Shown: piece after piece, positions 59,091-64,000 of the stretch
Layout: each line of letters starts with the position of its first letter
Numbering within the stretch: position 1 is the stretch's first letter
Sequence record: OR339795
Length of the DNA stretch: 64,000 nucleotides
Strand: one strand, 5' to 3'
Source of the DNA: Escherichia phage phi456
Notes under the pieces: model-generated
The model's input: only the letters and a program-made list of their open reading frames with translations
Database searches by the model: none
Told to the model about the DNA's origin: nothing
Position numbers and translations under genes: made by a program

Positions 59091-60353
59091 ATGAGCACTT
59101 CAGCACAAAACCAATCAATCGAAAATGTATCTATCCCTGACGTCCTGAATGCCGGTATCCCGGCCATTATCCAGAACATCCGGGCCGCGCAACGCCGCGT
59201 TAGTTGTGATGACCTCACAGCGCGTTTTTTTGATAATGCGGTTCAGTCAGCGGAGATGCTTCACGCACAGCTTATTGATGTTTATAACGCAGAAGCTGAT
59301 AGCCATAACTCCCTGGTAGATGCAGCTGAAAATATGCAGTTGGATCTTGGTCTGAAGGGTAAAGAAATTGAAGAGCTTCAGCTGCAAATTGAACATTTGA
59401 AACGCCAGCAACAGGACGCGATCGACGATGCGACGCATGACGCCAACCAGCGTGCTGATAATGCCGAACGTATAAGCATTGAGCTGGAAACAAAACTCAA
59501 TGAAATGACCGCGATGGTTGAACTGCGGAACTCACAGATTTCAACGCTAAAATCTCAATATAAAGAGATCATGAAACTTGATCCTTTTAACCTTGAGAAA
59601 CGCTATAACAAAGCTAAAAGCGAGCGACAGGAACTGCGTAAGCAGGTCGCCGACCTTAACCAACAGTTCAAAAAAACTATTAAAGATGCAAGCGAAGCGC
59701 GCGTGGCATTTGCTAATAAAAAAGCAGAGGTTACCGCGCTGGTTAATGAGAATGCCAAATTTGCGACGCTCAAGAAGGAAATGTATGGCATTACTGAGCG
59801 CCGTTTCCCTGCAAGCAAACTTCATCCGACGTTAGGGCAAATCTCCTTCTTCCCGCGCCTCCTGGCTTATGGGATCTCATCGCCTAAAGAGTTCAATAAC
59901 GAGCGTCCTTATATCGTTTCTAAGCTGGACTTTGCTTATCAGTTCTGCTGCGACATGGGCTATGCCATTGATATCCGAATCAACGAATGGTTGATGCCAA
60001 ACTTCCAGCCGTTGGCCATTTTCCGCGAGTTCCAGCCGGAAGGTTGGGTAGAGTTCTTCCATGAATTGATCTGTAAAGAGATGGAAAGCCGCCGCCCGGA
60101 ATTGGTCCGTCGAGTTGAGTGGGCGCAAGAGGTTATGTTGGCAGATGCAGAGCTGCCGTTCGAACCGGAATTCATTGATGATCTGGCAACTAAAGGGTTG
60201 CATACCCTGTTTGATGTGGTTACCCGCCGTCATGAGCAGTTGGTTGTCGAATTGGGTTTAGAGGAAACAGCGGCAAGAAGACTTCTCGATGTTTGCTATG
60301 CACGTAGCGATGCATGGGAAAAAGAGAACGGCGGCACTATTTACGTCCGCTGA
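59091..60353 (+). CDS. hypothetical protein, N-terminal coiled coil plus C-terminal globular domain
   Basis: 420 aa; residues about 40-240 heptad-rich (ELQLQIEHLKRQQQDAIDD...). Confidence 0.4.
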   Translation: MSTSAQNQSIENVSIPDVLNAGIPAIIQNIRAAQRRVSCDDLTARFFDNAVQSAEMLHAQLIDVYNAEADSHNSLVDAAENMQLDLGLKGKEIEELQLQIEHLKRQQQDAIDDATHDANQRADNAERISIELETKLNEMTAMVELRNSQISTLKSQYKEIMKLDPFNLEKRYNKAKSERQELRKQVADLNQQFKKTIKDASEARVAFANKKAEVTALVNENAKFATLKKEMYGITERRFPASKLHPTLGQISFFPRLLAYGISSPKEFNNERPYIVSKLDFAYQFCCDMGYAIDIRINEWLMPNFQPLAIFREFQPEGWVEFFHELICKEMESRRPELVRRVEWAQEVMLADAELPFEPEFIDDLATKGLHTLFDVVTRRHEQLVVELGLEETAARRLLDVCYARSDAWEKENGGTIYVR

Positions 60354-60425
60354 TAGTTACAGTGTCACTTTTAATGCTGGTGGAGTGCGCCCACCAGCAT
60401 TTTTTTCGTCCAATGAGGAGGGCAT

Positions 60426-60932
60426 TTGAGTATTTTCAATAAACACGCACACCAGGAACGTCCGTACATCGTCATAGTAGATATTGATGGAACGATATCA
60501 GAGGCAACGGAAGACAGGCTGCATTTACTTCCACCACCTGGCAAAGGTGCATTAACAGAGCACTGGAACGAGTTTAACCTTGCCTGTGACACTGATGCTC
60601 CCATCACTCCAGTTATTGATATGGTGCGCCAGTTGTCCAGCATTTACACGCTCTGGTTTGTAACCGGGCGCTGTGAGATAGCCAGGGATAAAACACGAGC
60701 TTGGTTGCGTAAGCACGTAACAAACGGGGCTGAGCCTTTGCTATCTATGCGTCCTGCCACCGATGACAGAAATGACGGCCCAGCAAAGATTGATCTCCTT
60801 AAGAAAATTGGTATAAGCAAAATTGCGTTCGCGCTGGAAGATAAGATTGAAGTGGCGCATGTTTTCAGGAGGCACGGCGTGCTTACGTTAATGGTCAGGG
60901 AGTATGAAAATGCGCTTCTTCATCAACAATAA
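60426..60932 (+). CDS. HAD-superfamily phosphatase-like protein
   Basis: 168 aa; motif I VIVDIDGT (DxDGT), later FVTGR and K...D elements. Confidence 0.5.
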   Translation: MSIFNKHAHQERPYIVIVDIDGTISEATEDRLHLLPPPGKGALTEHWNEFNLACDTDAPITPVIDMVRQLSSIYTLWFVTGRCEIARDKTRAWLRKHVTNGAEPLLSMRPATDDRNDGPAKIDLLKKIGISKIAFALEDKIEVAHVFRRHGVLTLMVREYENALLHQQ

Positions 60933-60947
60933 TTGCTCTAATAAACC
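60931..60947 (+). promoter_or_regulatory. C1 operator-like site
   Basis: AATTGCTCTAATAAACC, overlapping the stop of the HAD-like gene and upstream of the small peptide ORF. Confidence 0.5.
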
Positions 60948-61030
60948 ATGATTTTTAAAAAAGAGAAAGTGAAAATAAAAACATGCCGCAAGGCGCGGCA
61001 TGTATCCAATCAATCACAGGAGCTGAAAAT

Positions 61031-61117
61031 ATGAACACGGCATTCAAAATCATTATGGCCGCGATCTATTTCTGGCTGTTCTCTATCACTTTTGGCGGCA
61101 TCGTCGCGCATGGGTAA
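61031..61117 (+). CDS. 28-aa hydrophobic peptide (candidate small membrane toxin or leader peptide)
   Basis: MNTAFKIIMAAIYFWLFSITFGGIVAHG; strong RBS AGGAG 9 nt upstream; structured leader CATGCCGCAAGGCGCGGCATG; not in the ORF track (under 60 aa). Confidence 0.35.
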   Translation: MNTAFKIIMAAIYFWLFSITFGGIVAHG

Positions 61118-61196
61118 GGGGAGTATATTAGCCATTTGAAACCCCACGGTCTCTTGCGGGTTTAATTAAGAACCCGCAAGAAAAACACGAATTGGG

Positions 61197-64000
61197 CTAT
61201 ATTTTTCCGCCTACGCCTTTAAACTTCTCAATAAACGAGACGATTTTCTGGAAAACTGCCTGTTTTTTCGTTTTATATTGCGGATTCAACGGACTAAGTT
61301 TTGGTAATGTTTCGTTTAATTCTGTGCCATTTTCTGTGGCATATTCGCGTTTTAAAGACGTGCGAATATAGCGTTTTGCTGCATCTTCATTGAGATTTTC
61401 TTCTTTTATCAATGCTTCTGCTTCACGTTGCTGTTCGCGTTGAGCAAACGTAAAGAATGCGTCAATGATGCTGGCTTTGTCCGGTAAATCATCCAGGTTC
61501 GTTTGCTGAATAAAATCGACCACCAGGCCCTCTTTAGCACGGTTCCCTAAGCTTGAACGAATTAAGCGTTTAACCTCTTCGATCATTTCGCCCTTGCCTT
61601 TATTTTGTCTGTTGTGTTCGAAAATCAGTCCAAGGATATAATCCAGGTTTATTTCCTGAGACTTCAGCAAATCGACCTCAAAAACTACGTCATCCCAGTC
61701 AGTGGTTGATTTCTCTTTTTTCTCAGCTTCTTTCTCACGGCGCTGCCAGTCGCGAATATCGTTATAGGCAGAACGATAATCCTGAATCTTGCGATCAGCA
61801 GGGAGACGAATTGTTTGCAATTCAGCGAGCTTTTCATCATCCACATAATGTTCTGCTTTGAATTTTTCTACTGCAACAGGATCGCTAAGATCGATTTGTT
61901 GCAGGGCTTTCAGCGTGGCAAATTCATCATAGTTTTGCAGGATGTTCTCGGCACGCAGGTATTCACCAAACAGTTTAACGAAGTCTTTCTTCTCTTTTTC
62001 ACTTTCAATACTGGCAGGGTCAGGGAACCGTTGTTCCAGTTCTGAAACTACTGCCATAAAGCCGCGCTTAGCTTCACCAGTGGCAGCATCAGTAAAGCCT
62101 TCCATATACTCTGCATAACTCTTTTCTAAAACCACATTTTTGGTGTTTTTGTCACCAAACAGCGTTATGGCAGCAATAGTTGAGCGTTCCAGATCCCGGA
62201 AAGTGACGATATTACCGAAGGTTTTAGTTGCATCATAAATACGGTTGGTGCGGGAAAATGCCTGCATCAAGCCGTGAAAACGCAGGTTTTTATCGACGAA
62301 TAGCGTGTTCAATGTTGGAGCATCGAAGCCAGTTAAAAACATCCCCACGACAATTAACAGATCGATATCCTGATTTTTAACCCGTTGGGCTAAATCGCGA
62401 TAGTAGTTCTGAAAACCGTTACCGTCGGTGCTGAAGTTAGTTTTAAAATAGCTGTTATACTCACGAATTGCAGCGTCAAGAAACTCTTTAGCACTGCTGT
62501 CCATTGCGCTGGTATCAAAAGTTTCATCGGAAATTTCACCAATGGCATTTTGTTCTTCATTGGCAGCAAAGGAGAAGATTGTCGCAACACGCAGCGGTTT
62601 ATAGGTAGCCGATTTATTAGCTGCTTCCTCTTGTAACCGTTTAAACGCCGCGTAATAGGCTTTTGCAGCATCCACGCTGCTCACTGCCAACATAGCATTA
62701 AAACCTTTTGAGCCAGGGAAGGTGCGGTGGGTTTTCTGGCGGAAATTATTCAGAATATATTGCGTGATTTCCTGTATACGCATGGGATGAAGAAACGCCT
62801 GCTGATTTTCAGCCGCACTTAGTTTTTTCTCGTCAGTTTCTGTCTCTAAAGACTTAAACTGTGGCCGCACATCGTTGTAGTCCACCTTGAATTTGAGCAC
62901 TTTTTCATCACGAATCGCATCGGTAATTACATACGAATGCAATTCACGACCAAATACGCTGGCGGTCGTTTCTGAGCCTAAGGCATTTTCCGGGAAAATA
63001 GGGGTGCCGGTAAAACCAAACTGATAATAGCGTTTGAATTTCTTCTTCAGGTTTTTCTGCGCTTCTCCAAACTGGCTGCGGTGACATTCATCAAATATAA
63101 ACACCACTTGCTGATTGTATACAGGCAGGTCGCTTTCTACTTTCATCAGGTTATTGAGTTTCTGAATAGTAGTGACGATAATTTTGTTATCCTCCTTATC
63201 CAGATTTCGTTTAAGGCCTGCGGTATTTTCCGAGCCGTTGACGCTGTCTGGCGAAAAACGCTGATATTCCTTCATGGTCTGGTAATCGAGGTCTTTCCTG
63301 TCGACCACAAAGAAGACTTTATCAATAAAGTCCAGCTCTGTTGCCAGACGCGCGGCTTTAAAGCTGGTGAGGGTTTTACCAGAACCGGTAGTGTGCCAGA
63401 TATACCCACCGCTTTCCGGTTTTGACCAGTTCTTCGCTGTAAAGGAACTCTTAATTTTCCACAGAATGCGCTCGGTGGCGGCAATCTGGTACGGTCGCAT
63501 CACCAGTAGCGTCTGACTACTGTCAAAAACGCTGTAGTTCACCAGAACATTCAGCAGAGTATGTTTCTGGAAAAAGGTAGCGGTAAAGTCTTTGAGGTCT
63601 TTAATCAGCGTGTTGTCTGATTTCGCCCAATTCATGGTGAAGTCAAAACTGTTTTTATCGCGCTTTGTCGTGTTGGCAAAATAACGGGTATCGGTGCCGT
63701 TAGAAATGACAAACAGTTGCAGATACTTAAACAGGGAATTTTCGCTGTTAAAACTCTCTTTACTGTAACGATGTATCTGGTTGAAAGCCTCACGAATCGC
63801 CACCCCGCGTTTTTTTAGTTCGATTTGCACCAGCGGTAAACCATTAACCAGGATCGTGACGTCATAACGGTTAGCATGAGAACCCGTCTGTTCAAACTGC
63901 TGGATAATCTGCACCTTATTGCGCATGAGATTCTTTTTATCTATCAAATAGATGTTCTCAAGTCGCCCGTCGTCAAAAATAAAGTCGCAGATATAGTCGA
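61197..64000 (-). CDS. hsdR: type I restriction enzyme R subunit HsdR (N-terminus beyond window end)
   Basis: Frame open to 64000; N-terminal nuclease-type motif [19 protein letters not shown]; helicase motifs [24 protein letters not shown]. Confidence 0.85.
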   Translation of the reverse strand, partial: DYICDFIFDDGRLENIYLIDKKNLMRNKVQIIQQFEQTGSHANRYDVTILVNGLPLVQIELKKRGVAIREAFNQIHRYSKESFNSENSLFKYLQLFVISNGTDTRYFANTTKRDKNSFDFTMNWAKSDNTLIKDLKDFTATFFQKHTLLNVLVNYSVFDSSQTLLVMRPYQIAATERILWKIKSSFTAKNWSKPESGGYIWHTTGSGKTLTSFKAARLATELDFIDKVFFVVDRKDLDYQTMKEYQRFSPDSVNGSENTAGLKRNLDKEDNKIIVTTIQKLNNLMKVESDLPVYNQQVVFIFDECHRSQFGEAQKNLKKKFKRYYQFGFTGTPIFPENALGSETTASVFGRELHSYVITDAIRDEKVLKFKVDYNDVRPQFKSLETETDEKKLSAAENQQAFLHPMRIQEITQYILNNFRQKTHRTFPGSKGFNAMLAVSSVDAAKAYYAAFKRLQEEAANKSATYKPLRVATIFSFAANEEQNAIGEISDETFDTSAMDSSAKEFLDAAIREYNSYFKTNFSTDGNGFQNYYRDLAQRVKNQDIDLLIVVGMFLTGFDAPTLNTLFVDKNLRFHGLMQAFSRTNRIYDATKTFGNIVTFRDLERSTIAAITLFGDKNTKNVVLEKSYAEYMEGFTDAATGEAKRGFMAVVSELEQRFPDPASIESEKEKKDFVKLFGEYLRAENILQNYDEFATLKALQQIDLSDPVAVEKFKAEHYVDDEKLAELQTIRLPADRKIQDYRSAYNDIRDWQRREKEAEKKEKSTTDWDDVVFEVDLLKSQEINLDYILGLIFEHNRQNKGKGEMIEEVKRLIRSSLGNRAKEGLVVDFIQQTNLDDLPDKASIIDAFFTFAQREQQREAEALIKEENLNEDAAKRYIRTSLKREYATENGTELNETLPKLSPLNPQYKTKKQAVFQKIVSFIEKFKGVGGKI

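Noticed and set aside
61153-61180. Inverted repeat CTTGCGGGTT...AACCCGCAAG as a terminator
   Set aside because: No U-tract follows the stem on either strand, so it is kept only as an unexplained hairpin.

Overview
The window reads as a P1-like phage-plasmid (Enterobacteriaceae, probably Escherichia/Shigella given the IS content), called from protein-level recognition and synteny, not from any database search. Recognisable P1 backbone: DarB-like start (partial), portal and protease, SAR endolysin Lyz, ssb, the hdf-darA-ddrA-ddrB antirestriction operon, lyd lysis genes, tail fiber S with a decayed C-segment, baseplate genes and Sit, the immI region (C1 operators, c4-like RNA, icd, ant), kilA-repL, sheath and capsid genes, parS-parB-parA, and an iteron replicon (incA-like, repA, oriR). 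Cargo and decay layered on this: an OmpC-like porin; a hok/mok-type toxin; a T5orf172-domain gene inserted between parA and the incA iterons; a 13-kb IS mosaic (IS629 split by IS2, IS1 x3 plus fragments, IS3/IS911-like/IS30 pieces) carrying a PerC-like regulator, an AraC regulator and a large autotransporter; a C1-operator-associated cluster of unassigned genes (VRR-NUC remnant, two GSGPS-motif paralogs, PP2A-like phosphatase, DXD protein, coiled-coil protein, HAD-like phosphatase, a 28-aa hydrophobic peptide); and a type I restriction R subunit running off the window end. The best candidates for an undescribed system are the T5orf172 insertion in the partition/replication core and the C1-associated enzyme cluster at 55.8-61.2 kb. 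No rRNA, tRNA or CRISPR array was seen.
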